Shown here in pieces: positions 37,986 to 52,945 of a DNA stretch of 64,000 nucleotides; the first letter of the stretch is position 1; each line of letters starts with the position of its first letter. This DNA is from Lama guanicoe (Eukaryota), in contig MU054049.1 in the NCBI GenBank assembly GCA_013239625.1, forward strand, positions 1,987,892 through 2,051,891. The letters run 5' to 3'. Position numbers and translations under genes: made by a program. The notes under the pieces were generated by a model. That model was not told the origin of the DNA. It saw only the letters and a program-made list of their open reading frames with translations, and did not search any database.

Positions 37986-38915
37986 ACTGTATCTCTTGAG
38001 GAGTGATGGAAATGTTAGCTATCTTGATGTGGTAGTGGTTTCATTGGTGTGTACATCTATCAAAATTCATCAAATGGTACATTTGAAATGCATGTAGATT
38101 TATCTCAGTTTTGATGGAGACATATGTATAACAAAAAGAGAGAACTGTGTGCAAGTGATGATAAAAATGGCTGCCAACACCCAGCCCAATTGGGGAAGAG
38201 AATAGGGGTGGTGGGCTTCGGGCTGGCCCAGGGAGTGTGAGTAACCCATGACCAAAGGGCCGGCAAAACCATACACCACCTGATTGTTTTAAGACCCCAG
38301 TTACACCAGACAAGTAGGATATCCAGGTTTTATATGAAGTCTCCTTACTGTTAAATAATAGTCAAGATGCTATTGTTTAAAAATATCTTTCAGGGTTAAA
38401 TGAAATATGTCTGAGGGTTAAATCCCACTTGGGAGGTTTCAAGTTTGTGAGCTCACTCCTAGGTAATCTCTAAGGCTCTGTCTGCCTTAGAGGGTTCTTT
38501 AGAAAGCAGAGAGAAAATGTTCATGTTAACATTTTGCTGGGAATATAATTCCAGGGAAACAAGAGTGAGGGGAAATGAGAGTGAGGCAGGGAAGGAAGGA
38601 GGGAGATAAGGAGAGGGCCATGGCTTTGCGAAAAATGAAGCTGATTTCTCTGTCTTGTGGGGCATCTTCTGAATTTCTGTGAAAATATTGTGTCTTGGAT
38701 GTGTTGCAAAGAAGAATGGAGGAGGGTGAGTAATATATCTGCTGGCTTCCTTCCATCTCTTCTCTGTCATTGGTCAAAAGCCACACAGATTGGAGTGAAT
38801 TCTGGAGTTAACTTCTGGCTGCCACAACCAATCTGCCCAGTAGCCACTGGGGAGGCCACAGTCTCTGTGGTTAAACTGTTGCACCAACTCTTGCTCATGA
38901 AAGTTAGGCTCCTAC

Positions 38916-39637
38916 TGTGAGAGGAGGGAAGGGAGCAGGGCACAATCATTATAAGAATAACACAGCAATTAACACCAAGATGGCGGAGATTCAACTCCCA
39001 ATGGACCTTGAGCTTCAACATATGCTCATTGTAGTACAAGAGAATCCTAAATGGTACTCCTACAGCTGTCAGGACCGTTTCTAGGCTGACCATAAAAGGT
39101 GATAAAGTGGGTGATAGCCCAGTTCCTGGGAATCCCAGCCTATCTCTAAGTAATTGGAATAATCCTCTCACTTGTTAGCCTATGAAGTTACTGAGCCCAT
39201 TAAAACTAGCATCCTACACCTACACCTCGTGGCTGATCTTAGTTTTCCGGGCTGACCCCGTGCTCTGAGGCCGCCACTCTCCGTTCTGAGTAGGATGGCC
39301 AGCATTTTGTCTATGGCATGTGTATCTCCTGGGCCTTGTGGCCTTTTTCTTGCCTTTTGCGATGGCCCACACTCTGTCTGTGGAGTGTGTATCTACCTTT
39401 GTTTGAGACTAAACACCCATCCTCATGCCTTGTGGTCTCTCTGGCCTTCTAAGACACCCTGCACTCTGTCTATGGAGTGTGCAGCTCTCTGAATAAATCT
39501 ACCTTCACTTTAGTGTGGCTGCTCTGGAATTCTTTCCTGCATGAAGCCAAGGACCCTCACATGGCAGGGCGCATCCCAGGGACTTGACTGAGACCTGGAA
39601 CACAGCTGTCCTCTCACGCCCCATTTTTCCTGTATCG
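38916..39637 (+). mobile_element. ERV1-type solo LTR nested in an older LTR (~38770-39935)
   Basis: Starts tgtgag; contains ccaagatggcgg (YY1-like) and aataaa; repeated ctctgtct(a/g)tggagtgtg; 4-bp TSD ctac/ctat. Confidence 0.75.
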
Positions 39638-40199
39638 CTATCCACCCGTGGAGGCTGGGAGATAGCGTGCACATTCTTCTCGATAGTTACATTTCAAAGC
39701 TCCCAGGTCCTTGAGAAATACGTTCTGGGTTTGGAAGATACATCTCAAAGAGGCAGAGAAAGGATTTACAATGGCAAGTTTTCTAAAGTAAATGCTCAAA
39801 GAAAAGGGAGCTCAGGGGCCTATAGTCAGGTATTGATTGGAGCAAACAGTAAATTGTTTTGTCAGGGAGGAGCTTATGGAGGCTGGGGTCATCGTTCTAG
39901 GGATGCAGACTTGATCTGTCAGAAACCATGCTAGTGTTTGTTCAAGTCTCTTCTGATTGCCATCTGATTGTAGCTGCATGAGTGACCCCCAGCCCAAAGA
40001 GGGAACCCCTCAGCTGAGCTCAGTCAACCCACAGAATTGGAGAGATATTAACAAATTATCATTTTAAGCCACTAACTTTTGGGGTAGTTTGTTACGCAGC
40101 AACAGATAACTGTAACACTGTGTATAACTCAATCTTATTTGCATACTTTTAAAAGATAAAGACATTATGTGATAATATAGATACAAAAGAGCATTTCTG

Positions 40200-40945
40200 G
40201 GAGTATCTCCAAGATAACCCCTCTTCCGGTGTCCCCTGTTTCAGGAAATGGAGCCACTCCATTGCTCAGGCCAACGTACTTGGACCCATCCTGGCCTCCC
40301 TTTGTTCTTCACCTCCCACATCCAATTCCCAGGTAATCTGTGTTCACTCTATTTTCAAAATGTGTTGCAAATCCAACCTCTTCTCACAGTCTAGGGCACC
40401 ATAATCTTTGACCTGATCTATGGTGATAACTGGCCTCTGCACTTCTGTTCTCATTGTTAGCTGTTGATTGTGTCCATAGCCACCAGAACGGACATTTAGG
40501 ACACGTATATGGTCACTCCTTTATACATAGAGTGCCGGCTGAAGTACTCACTCTGCTCTCCAACCTCAGCTCCTGCCACTGTCCCTCTCACTACTCTGAT
40601 CTGGCCACTTTGGCCTTCTTGCTGTTCCTCAAACCAAGAAACCCCCCTGGATTTTGTACTTGTGCTCTCCCTTTCTAGAACGATCTTCCTCTGGGTACTC
40701 GTAGGCTCACTCCCTTACTGTAGGTCTTAGCTCAGAATAGCCCTTTCTTCTCTTCCACGCTGCTTTTTATTCAGAGCACTTACCACTATCTGATGCTATT
40801 TTATGTATTTTTTTTATCACCTGTCTTGTCCACGAAAGTGCACGCACCATGAGGCAGAGACTTGACATATCTTGCTCACTACTGTATTCCCAGCATCAGA
40901 ACAGTGAACCGCACGCAGTAGGTGCTCCACAAGTATTTTTAAATG
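40200..40945 (+). mobile_element. L2 LINE fragment
   Basis: ttgctcaggcca...cctcccacatccaattc...actgtattcccagcatcagaacagtg. Confidence 0.7.
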
Positions 40946-41779
40946 AGGGAATAGTAACAGAAGTTACTTTTGGGGTGAAGGGTTGGAACAGGGAGGGATG
41001 GAGGCTTTTACTTTTCATTTTATACTTTCTGTAACATCTGAATTTTTTTCTACCGTCAATATGTGTTATTGGGAGGTGGGATTTGGGACTGGATCATTTT
41101 CTCTGCATATTTTTGTACATTTAAGAATGTCAGTAAATAGTATTTTTTAAAGTAGGGTAAAGGGCAGAGGGAATGCAATTTAAATGCAGTCTTCCTTCTT
41201 TCCAGCAAAGTTCCTATTAGCAGAACTTTTTGGAGAAGAATACCGGGGTTTAGATAAGTGTTATGAGTGCTAGATGTGGGAATGGAATAAAGATGTAATT
41301 AAAGCTCCCTACCGTCTTTTGCTTATGAGATGGCCAAAAGCATTTTAAGTTATATTAAAGCTCATTGTAAATTCCATTGTAAAAGGAAGAAACACATGCT
41401 TGCTGCTTACAAATAGTGGGAAATTGTATTGAAGGTGGGGCTTATACTATTGGACAACAAAAGGGACTAATTTTAGACAGATGTCATAGACTGAATGCTT
41501 GTGCCCCCTGCGCCCCATATATGTTGAAGCCCTATCTCCCCATGTGACTGTATTTGGCGATAAGGCCTTTATGGAATTAAGGTTAAATGAGGTCATGAGG
41601 GTGGGAACTCCATAATGGGATTAGTGCCCTTATAGACGAGATACCAGAGAGCTGCATAAGGTAGACACTAGATAGATGTTTGTTGAATGAATGGATGGAT
41701 GGATAAACAATTTCTGCATAACCCAATCTTCTTCTTTATATTTTACGAAGAAATTTCCTTGTGCTCATTAGATCCTGGG

Positions 41780-41845
41780 AATCTTTTATGTGAGTCTAAT
41801 CTTTTATGTGAGTCTAATCTTTTATGCGATTCTAATCTTTTATGC
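41780..41845. repeat. 18-bp tandem repeat (aatcttttatgtgagtct) x3.7
   Basis: Directly visible; two identical units followed by diverged units. Confidence 0.9.
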
Positions 41846-42399
41846 AAGTAGAAGAGAGTTTATAAATTGCTTTCACATATACCTGGCTCACTGAGTCTCA
41901 TATCAAAATGGCTGGATTGGTAGGGAAGGCATTATTTTATTGAGGAGTAAATAGTCTTAGAAAGTTCAACTTACCTAAGTTTAGTATCTATCTAGTTGGC
42001 ATTCAGAAGTATAAAGAGAGAGGGCCAAATGCATTAGACACACCTGGGCTCAAATCTTGGCTGTGCCATACATGACATTGGACGGGTAATGCTTTTGAGC
42101 CCATTTCTTCATTTGTAAAATAGATGCATGTATGGCTATTCCTCAGGGTTGTTGGGAAGGTTAAGATAATACAGGTAAAACGCATACTCATTGCACCCTA
42201 TAAAATGTCACATTTCTTTTCTTTAACTCTGAGTCCAATGTCTCTCTGAGAATCAAGGATCCTCTCTTAGGTATGTGTCTGGCAGGTTCCATCAAATGCA
42301 AGCTTACGTATATCAACAGCTGGGAAACTTAATACTAAATGCCTTTAGCAAGAGTATAAAAACAAGAGTACACACGAAGATCAAGGTGAAGGTTACCTT

Positions 42400-44800
42400 C
42401 TCTTTCACAAGTCTTAATGAAGAAGTGGGAAATAAACTAACAAACTGGCTTCCCTGATGCTAAAACTGTTTGCTGATTAATTCTAAGATATCCTGCAACC
42501 TGCTTTTTCTCCCTTACTGCTTTTGTGCTAAACAATCCCCAAACTTTTCTCTTACACTCTCCCTTCCCTATACATTTTTTACCAAGAATAGTTTTAACCC
42601 AGAGGCTATGCTCCAAGAAGGAGGTAACGGGCCAATAATCTCAGAAGAATGCATAGACCCTCTGGAGTTCCTCTGTGGTGCCAGGAAGATTTGTTGAGGT
42701 GAAGAGGAATGTAGCACCCTATAAAATGCCCTGAATGTTATCACCTTTTCTGTTCCATCCAGTTTTTCTATAAAACCTCAAGACCCCAACCCCAAGATGG
42801 ATTCACAGTCTGTAAGGCATTAGCCTACTGTGACTCCCTTTTGCCTGGCAAAGCAATAAAATTGTTCTTTTCCGATCTTCCCAAATCTTTGCCTCTGAGT
42901 CTCTATCCGGTTTTCGGGGTACAGAGGCAGGTTTTGCAGCCACAACTTTGCCCAGCATGGGACTCAACTCCCCTGCCACCCTTTCCTCTTTCCTAGCCCT
43001 GGACACCTTGGCTTGACTGGACATTCTAAGGGCAACCCCTGCATCAGCCTTCCTTGGGACAGCGGAGGGTCAGGCAAGCCCTGCAAGCCCTGCAAGCCCT
43101 GCATATCAATGGGACAATCTGGAACAGGATCTGTGTCCAAGCCACTCAGGTTGCTGTAACCACTGGCTGGGACTGTGAGGTGGGAGGACGGGAGTGGAGG
43201 AAAACAAGCCCCAGAAGCTGCCAAAGCCGTTTTTGTTTCGGGAACTCTTTTCTTTCTTCCTTCCAACCTTGGTCCAGACCTCCAGATGCTCAGAAACTTG
43301 GGAGAGAAAAGAATCCTGCCAGGGATATCTTGACTCCTTGGCCAGGCCTAGGGTAAGTTTCCTGGTGACCAAGGCCCCCTAACCCTTCCCAGGGACTCCC
43401 TAAAGTAGGCAAGGGCTCCCCAGTTTGTAGAGCTCTCTGTCTCTGAGGGAACTCCCATTTGAGAGGCACCAATCAGACAGCGGTCATAGGCTTAGTGGAA
43501 CTAGGAAGCTGTTGTTTTGACTTTGAATTTTGATTTGTGCTCATTTTGAATTTTGAGGCTTTCATTTGCTGGCTGAGGTTTGAACTTTGTGTTGTGTGTG
43601 CACGAAAGATCAAAAGGGGTGGTACCATTTCAATTCCATCAGACAGTCCCTTGGGAAAAATCTTGCTAGACTACTCAAACTATAGTTACCGAAACCCATG
43701 ACTGAAAAAAATTTTTTTTTTATTTCTGGCTTTAAGGAAACAAAGTTATCCCAGAAGGAACTTGCCTTTCTATGCTTTTGAGATGCAAATATTCTTCCTG
43801 GTCTTCTCCAGGAACCCTGATCTTGTTGTCTTTTAAAATGCAAATTTTGAGGAAGGGGTAAATAATTTGGAACTTGACTTGTTAAAGACAAACAGAGGAA
43901 TTGTCTCTTCTATAAATATTAGTAAAAAGGTTTAGCCATCTAGGCATGTGACTTTGATTTGTTCTGTCTGCCAGAAACCCCAGTTTGAATCCAACCTCTT
44001 TTGTACCTGATGAGTTCCACATTGTTGTACCCACTTCATGGCTAAAATTTTAGAATGGGAAGTATGAGATCTCTGTGTTTTGTGTGTTTGTGTGTCACAG
44101 GTGTATAATATTGCAGGACTAATTCGTAAAATAGCTCTATTTCATTGGCTTAAAGGGAATCAAGTGCTTATATGAATATTCAGAAATAAAAAGAAAACTG
44201 ACCAAAATACATTTCAGGTTCTCATGACCTGGCAAATATTCAGTAACAAAAAATCAGTATATGGTATTCAAGCTAGCTTAAGCTTGTTGTTTAATTAATA
44301 TAAACATGTCTTTAGAATCATCAGTGTTAAGTATAATACTTCTGTTGTACCTAGGGTTACTGGAGATCAAATAAGACCTTATTATATCTGTTGCAAACTT
44401 GTCAACAAGGAAAGTAACGCAATGTGAAAAAAAAACAAACTAGTAAAAGTAAACAAAATAAGAGCTTTTAGGTAAACTTGTGGGAATAATTATGTTTGGG
44501 GAATGTCTAGCTAAAATTGTCTCTCCAGATTTTGGTAACTTGAAACTAAGCTAAATGATGAGAACTTACTATCTGGGTCATTTATAAACTATTGAAATAT
44601 TAATCGCTGGGCAGGTCTAGGTTTACCTACCTTTGTCTTCTTAGGAGGGAAAAACTGAAGCATGAATTTCCAATCAGGAAATGCTGGTATGACAACCAGT
44701 TCACAATTATTTGCTTCTTGGTTTTTGCCAGAGATTTAATAAGGCTGGTTTTGCAGCAACATTAAACATCCTAAGGCAGAATTCTGAGTGTACAGCGGGA
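42400..44800 (+). mobile_element. ERV1 (MER4-group-like) LTR (~42400-42944) followed by degenerate internal sequence
   Basis: LTR with tataaaa and aataaa ending ...gcagccaca, a degenerate PBS-like sequence (gcccagcatggga), then leader/internal-like DNA. Boundaries approximate. Confidence 0.65.
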
Positions 44801-45127
44801 ACTTGGGGGACAATTTCAAGCTTGTGAAGCAACTGGTTAGAGTAAATATCAATGATAGTTAAATTTATAGAGTGCTTAATGGTTTCCTTTATATTGCTTT
44901 TTTGTTTTTTGTTCTACAGTCCAATTATACCCATTTTGCAGATGGGCACATTGAGCGATCTTTAAAGGTGACTAGCCAATGAGGGACTCAAATCCAGTTC
45001 TAAGTTTTTCCAAAATTAGATCTCCTCTCAAATCCCATCCTGTCTCTCACCTGTTATATCCCAGTGCATGGAGAGCCCTTCCCCTCATACTGTTTATTTT
45101 TTTTTTAATATCAAATCTTTTAAAAAT

Positions 45128-45776
45128 TATTTTCTTTTTATTGAAGTATAGTTGACTTACAATATTATATTAGTTTCAAGTGTATGGCATAGTGACTCAG
45201 TATTTTTACAGATTATACCTATTTAAAGTTATTAAAAGATAATGGCTATAACTCCTTGTGTTATACAATAGATCCCTGTTGCTTGTCTATTTTGTACATA
45301 GTAGTCTGTATCTCTTAATTCCATGCCCCTAATTTGCCCTTCCCCGCTTCCCTCTCCCACTTGGTCACCACTAGTTTGTTTTCTGTATCTGTGAGTCTAT
45401 TTCTGTTTTGCATATATATTCATTCGTATTATTTTTTTAGATTTTACATGTAAGTGATATCATACAGTATTTGTTTTTCTCTGCCTGACTTATTTCACTA
45501 AGCATAATATTCTCTAGGTCCATCCATGTTACTGCAAGTGGCAGAATTTCATTCTTTTTAGAGCTAAGTATTATCCCATTTATGTGTGTGTGTGTGCGTA
45601 TCACATCTTCTTTATCCAATCATCTGTTGAAGGACATTTGGGTTGCTTCTATATTTTCTTGGCCATTGTAAATAGTGCTGCTATGAACATTGGAGTGCAT
45701 GTGTCTTTTCAAATTAGCTTTTTCATTTTTCCAGATATATACGCAGGAGTGGAGTTGCTGGATCGTATGGTAGCTC
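45128..45776 (-). mobile_element. L1 3' end
   Basis: ttttattgaagtatagttgacttacaatatt...ggagttgctggatcgtatggtagctct. Confidence 0.92.
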
Positions 45777-46399
45777 TGAATCACACATCATCACAATGAT
45801 CCAAAGAAGAAGATATAGCTGTCTCATTTCACAGATGAGGAAACCAAGGCTCAGAGAAGTAAGTGAGCTGCTAAGAGGGTACAGTTAGTCTGTGGTGGGA
45901 TCTGAACACTGATTTTCCATTCTCCAAATGTAACAGAAATTATGTCAGATGAGGAATGAAAAGAGGGTAGGAACCTGGCGGAAAGACTTACCTGTTGGGC
46001 TCACAGCATTCAGGTTATCATACAGCATTTTTCATCCCATAGGAAGCCTATGAGGAGGAGGTATGTGGCAAGGAAACTGAGCCTCTCTTTCCACAGGTGG
46101 AAATAGACCAGAGAGGAATGATTGAGTGATGCACCTAGAGTGAGAACAGAGCCCCAGGGCTGTCACCTACCCAAAGGATTCTCTTTGAGTCCCTACATCC
46201 AAAGGGATCACATGGCCAAAGATAATGAATATCTCTCCAGAAACATGAGGAGACAGGAGATTGAATACCACATGGGCACTCCCTAGAAAATCTGTGTAAT
46301 CCCAATAAACTTGACATGTCTTGGGGAACAGGAGAAAATTCCCCAAAAGGACTGAGATGGAAGTTTCTACCATCCCAGTGGGACAACCACAAAGGAAAT

Positions 46400-46735
46400 A
46401 ACATATGCTTAATCAGACTGCCACAAGGAGAAGAAAGAGAGAAATGAACAAAGGAAATGCTTGAAATAACATTAGCCAAGAATCCACCGAAATTAATGGC
46501 ACGCAACAAACCATGGTTCCAAGAAGCTCAGGGGACACCAAGCAGGATAAAACCCAAAAAATCTGCATCTACACATTTTACATTTAAACTGCAGAAAATC
46601 AAAGACAAAGAGAAAATTAGAAATGCTGTGGGTGGCGGTGGGGAGACATCTTACTTACAGAGGAACAAGAATAAGAATTACATTGGACTTCTCTCCAGAA
46701 ACCAGACAAGCCAGAAGAGAATGGGGAGAAATATA
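46400..46735 (+). mobile_element. Old L1 ORF1 fragment
   Basis: Translates NPPKLM..KPWFQEAQGTPSRI..FKLQKIKDKEKI and LTYRGTRIRITLDFSPET.QARREW, typical of L1 ORF1p. Confidence 0.85.
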
Positions 46736-47779
46736 CGCTGAAATGCACCTGACACAAGCAACACCGGGCCTCTTAAGTGTCAGAAGTCTGTTGTCTTCTG
46801 CGGAGCCTTGTACGTGTCCTTGTTCTCCAATTCTCTGAGGGCTCATAATGTTTAGGGTGGGGAGCATTTATAAGCCACCTGTTCGGTTGAACCTGGGCCC
46901 TTTGTTCCCATAAAATTCCTTAATGACCCCCACCTGTGGGCATCCTCCTCCTCTCTTTGCCTACATCCCCTTGTGCCTTGGGGCACTAGAGATCTTTGGT
47001 TTAGAGCCTGGTTAAATAATTACAGCTGTGGTTCTTCAGCTTGCCTATGCAGGATGCATGAAAAGGGAATTACTTGTTTTAGCTGTATTCAAAGTCAGAG
47101 AAAAGACATGTGGATTTAAGTGGCATTAAAAAATAAAAAAACTCGTTTGAAGTCTTAAACACTTGGAACCTCAGGAAACTTAGCAAACTAAGCGGCAAGT
47201 TCTGAAAATCATGAAATGACAAATTCCACCAGATGAAGAAGAGCCAAGAAGAAAACATCAACGCTGCTTCTTCCGCCTCTGTTGAGAGCAGTCCCCACTG
47301 CCTGCATGTGGGATGTGGGCTGTCAAGACGATGAGAGGGACCTAAGTAAGACTGAGAAAGATGTAAAGATACGGGCAGGGATATTCTTATCTGAACCTTC
47401 ATGAACGTTTATTCCGATGAGCTGCTTCTGCTTCCGCATGAAGCTGTTGGGCTTCATGAGGCCCGTGAGACTTCCTGAGATTTTGTGAACCCAGGTACGC
47501 TGATACTCTCTTAGTTACTGAAGACCTTAAAAGGTGATGGCTGCTAAGAAGGTATCCTGGTAACAGTAACTACCAGGGTCAAAAGAGCTACCCTTAGTGG
47601 GGTGCCTACGGTGTGTTAGGATCCGTACCAGTCATCCAAATACATTGCCATGTCAATTTCACCACCAACCTATAAGCCAAGCATCATGATCTCCAAGTTA
47701 CAGATAGAGAAACAAATTCTCAAAGAAACTAAGTAGCTGGCCCAAGGTCTTGTAACTAGTGAAGGGGCAGACTCGAGTC

Positions 47780-47878
47780 TTTTTTTTTTTTTTTAAGCGG
47801 CTTTTTTCTTTGAGGGAGGAGGTAATTTGCTTTATTTATTTATTTTAATGGAGGTACTGGGGATTGAACCCAGACCTC
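47780..47878 (-). mobile_element. Truncated camelid tRNA-derived SINE
   Basis: T tail, ggaggtaatt...tttatttattt...tggaggtactggggattgaaccca. Confidence 0.85.
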
Positions 47879-49021
47879 CTGCAGGGGAGGAAGCGAGTAG
47901 GGGGTGTAATGAACAGCACATTTCCATGTCTGCCACAGGCCTCCGCCCAGGTTCTCGCAAACCCTTAAAAACGTTGTTCTTTTTCTTAAATGTTGTCATA
48001 ACGGATGCTGTGGAAGCCTGTCCCTCATCCCTTCATCCCACCCTTGAGCTCATCTCTAGCTGCGGTGGACTGGTCCCTGTGCAGGCTAGCAGCTTTGACT
48101 TTCTGCTGTTAGGATCAGTTAACTTTCAGTTACAGACTAATCTCTTTAAAACAGACAGACAGATACACATACACCACTTGAAAGAAAAGTGTTGCCTTTT
48201 CAGATGTCAGAATCTGTGAAATTTTGAAGCCAGAAATTGGCACAGTGCTTTAAATTGAAGGCATGGACTAGCATTGTTTAAAGAAACTGACTCATCAGAA
48301 AGCGTGCTTGCATTTCCCATGAAGAAACTTCCATTGTCTTACAGCTATGACATATCTGGGTGGTGGCATGTGACAGCTGGCATCTTCCCAATCTTGTCAG
48401 GCCACAAGTTTAGCTTTGGGGCTTCTTGGGATTTCTTATTTGAGTGGCAAGTTACCCATGAAATACACTGGGCAAACAGAATTTGACGAAAGAAGGAATT
48501 TCTTCAGTGGCATTGGGTGTTCATATTTATATTTTAGGTTTAAATCACAGCACGTACCTATTGGTTCTTCCTTAATTAATCATTGACTCACCATAGTTGA
48601 AGTTCATATTAACAATGGAAAGAGTTTCTTTGCAAAGAGGACAAATCTACGGAGTTCCTGCTATAGAGCAGGTTATCCTGGTACGGGCTTAGGCCCCGCA
48701 GTGGTCCCCACCCAGTTTTGACCCTTTTAATGTCATCTTTAAGATGTGAGGTCAGAGTTTTCAACTAAAAACTGGGCAAAGCTAACTGAAATATATGATT
48801 AATTTCATACTTTTACCCAAAGGGATTCTAAAAAAAGCTTAAGCAAGGGTCATATGGTTACTCAAAAAGGGGAAGGGAAAAGACCCCAGTCCTTGTCTAC
48901 CTGAAAGATAAGAATTCAGATGGGAGACTGAAGAGTTGTGTAGTGAAAGATTTTAAAGAATTTATTAGCAAAAGGAAAGTACACCTCCAAGAATGCGAGG
49001 TGCGCTGATCCAAGGGCAGAT

Positions 49022-49698
<677 letters not shown>

Positions 49699-50977
49699 GT
49701 TTGCCCCCATCTCCTATACCCTGGCTTAGAGGTGGTCTCTTGATTGATTGACAGCTCTTGCCCCTGGAGTGCTTAGTCTTGCTCCTCCCCTTTTGCGCAT
49801 GTCCTTACCCATGATGCACACAGAAAAACCCACTGAAGGGGGCCGAGACTGCCATGCTAATTATGCTACAGTGAGCACTGGCTCATGTCTGGTTAGGTCC
49901 TTGTCGCTACTGCACAGTCATGGCTGTTGGGTTCTAACCAGTTTCTTGCTGGCACTCAATTAGTGGAAGTAAATTTATGCTGAAGGCGGGCATACCATCA
50001 TCTTCCAGACCATTATCCCTCTCCCCCACCTTATCTGACCGGTGCCCCCACTTATCTAACTACGTAACAATATAATTAAGCTAATCAAACAGAAATGGCA
50101 AATCAAGATAAAGAAACAAGACAGAAGAATTCATGGGAATGAAAGGGTCATTATAGCTGTAATTAGAACTTGGGCAAGAGATTCCTGGTTTCCAGGGAGG
50201 TGAAAAAAAAAAAAAGCAAGTTACATAGTTCTCCTCAGAAAGAGAGAAGTATTCCAGATTCTTAACAGAGATGCATTTTTCCTCCTGGCTTTCTAAAATT
50301 TTAAAATAAAAAAATTTTAAATATTTTTTAAATTAAAAAATCAAATCCAAAATTTCTAAGATAAATTTCTCATGTGGAACTTTACATGGCAGATACTAAC
50401 TGAAGTCATGTGTATCAATTTTGCAGCACAGATAGAAATGAATTTTGCATAGTGCCTTCAACTCTCAATGAGGAAAGAACATGGGTTTTGTTTTTAGAAA
50501 GATCCAACTCTGTTCACTGTTCGGGGGATCCAGAGAAATTGTTTACGCTCTCAGAAAATAGAAGTGATAGACTCCTCATCACAAGGTTGTTGTGAGGATA
50601 ACATAAGATAAAATGCAAAACTAACAGTATCTGGCATATAAGAGAGGCTGTTTCCTTTTCCCACGCCAGCATGCCCTCTTCCTCACTCTTTTATTTTTCT
50701 TCCTGGTGCATCAGTCAGAATCCTGCTGGGGAAAAGATTGCACACTCAAGGTGTGACATTAAGTAAGGGAGATGTTTACAAAGGTGTAGGTGGTTACAGG
50801 AGGCAATGTTCCAGGAGACTGCCAGTAATAGGGCAGCTTTCTCACCCCTAGGCCTGAGGAATAAGGGGTGGGGACTTGTTACTAGAATCTGGGGAGAGCT
50901 GTATCCATAGGAAAGGGCCCCAACAGAAGCCACTTCTCAAGGAATACAGCTATGGCAGGGAGGGAGCCTGGGACATA

Positions 50978-52555
50978 CATTTAAGTCTTTGGTTCATTTT
51001 GAGTTAATTTTTGTATGTGATATAAAGTAAGCATCCAACTTCATTCTTTTGCATGTGGATATTTAGCTTTTCTAATACCAAATGATACTTTTCCCAATGC
51101 CAAAAGACTTCTTTCCCCATTGAATGGTTTCGACACCCTTGTCAAAAATCATCTGGCCATAAATGTAAGCATTCATTTCTGGGCTCTCCATTCTATTCTG
51201 TTTGGCTTATATGTCTATCCTTATAACAATACCATACTGTTTTGATTCCTGTCACTTTGTGGTAAGTTTCGAAGTCAACAGGTGTGAGTCCTCCAGTTTT
51301 GTTCTTTTTCAACAAAAAGTTTTGCCTAGATGGGATCCCTTGAGATTCCATATTAATCTTAGGATGGGTTTTTCTATTTCTACACAAAAAAAGAGTCATT
51401 GCAATTTTGATAGAGATTGCATTAAATCTGTAGGTTGCTTTGGGTAGCATTGTTATCTTAACAACCTTATGTTTTCCAATCCATGAACATAGGGTATGTT
51501 TCCATTTATTTATGGCTTCCTTAATTTCTGTCAACAGTTTGGGGTAGTTTTTAGTATACAAGTCTTTTACAATAACATCAAATAGAACAAAATACTTCAA
51601 AATAACTTTAACCAAAGACTTGTACATAAAAAAAACTGCAAATCATGTTGTTTTCTTAATCTCCTTTTGTATTGCTCATTGTCTATGATGCATGTAGAAA
51701 TGCAACTGACTTATGTGTGTTCATTTTGTATCCTGCCACTTTGCTAACTTTGTTTATTAACCCTAATGATTATTTTGTGCAATCCTTACAGTTTTCTACT
51801 GGAGAGAAGGAAAAAGTTTTTCCTTGACCCTCTTAGGGTTCCTTGCTGGGTTTGAATTAAACCGACAAAAACAGATTAACAGGAAAAAAGCATACAAATT
51901 TATTTAGTATAAGTTTTATGTGATGCAGGAGATTTTGTAAGGAAATAAATACCCAAAGAAACACTTGGACTTGAGTATATTTATACTAGGTTTGATGAAG
52001 AGTGAATAGTCAGGGAGGAACATGACCGTTTAAGGAGTATGAGGTAATTGTAGTAAACTGGGGGCAACTTGGCAAGACCTCTTTGTTAGGATTCTTCTTG
52101 ACATCCTTTGGTCCTCAGAGATTAAGATGCTCCTTTTCTCCAGGTATAGAAAGGGCATAAATGAGAGTTTTGTGACATGTTTCAGGGAGAAGGACAAGGG
52201 GGTAAAGGTCAGAGTGACCTTCTTGCTTCTGCTGTTTTCTCAAAATCCTTCAGCCTCCATATGCCATGGTGCCACATTTTGGGGTAGCATATCCTGAGCC
52301 CCATCACTATGTACAAGATGATGTCATCTGCAAACAGATAATTTTACATCTTTCTTTCCATTGGTGATGCCTTTTGTTTCTTTCTATTGCCTAATTACCC
52401 TGTCTAGAATTTCCATTACTATTGTTGAACACAAGTGGCAAGAGTGGGCATCCTTGTCTTGTTCCTGATCTTGTGGGGAAGTCCTTTCGGTCCTTCATCG
52501 TTGAGTATGATTTTAGCTGTGGGTTTTTCACACATGACCTTTATTATGTTAAGGA
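50978..52555 (-). mobile_element. Old L1 ORF2 fragment with a nested LTR (51800-52306)
   Basis: ORF2-like translation INKWKHTLCSWIG..VKITMLPKATYRFNAISIKI; L1 text resumes after the LTR; 4-bp TSD ctac/ctat. Confidence 0.85.
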
Positions 52556-52852
52556 CATACATACTGCTTGAGCGTTATCCATGTGCCAAGCATTTCTAAA
52601 CCTCTGTGTGCAATTAATTACCTCATTCATTGCACATAACCCTGTCAACTAGGGACAACTGTCCTTTTTTCAGATGAGAAAACTGAGGCACAAAAAAGTT
52701 TGTTCTCCCCATAAGTGAAGTTTTTGCATGTAGTTTTTATTTTTCCACATATCATATTTTTAAAATTAAAATACTGAGTTATTGGGTATATTAAGCATTA
52801 ATTCTAAAACAAACTGACAAAAAAACCCCAATAATAAATAAACCAAATTACA

Positions 52853-52945
52853 GGGGGAAGGTATAGCTCAAGTGGTAGAGCACAAGCTTAGCATGCACAA
52901 AATCTTGGGTTCAATCTCCAGTACCTCCTCTTAAAAAAAAAAAGC
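52853..52945 (+). mobile_element. Camelid tRNA-derived SINE (short form)
   Basis: gggggaaggtatagctcaagtggtagagc...gggttcaatctccagtacctcc followed by an A tail. Confidence 0.9.
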
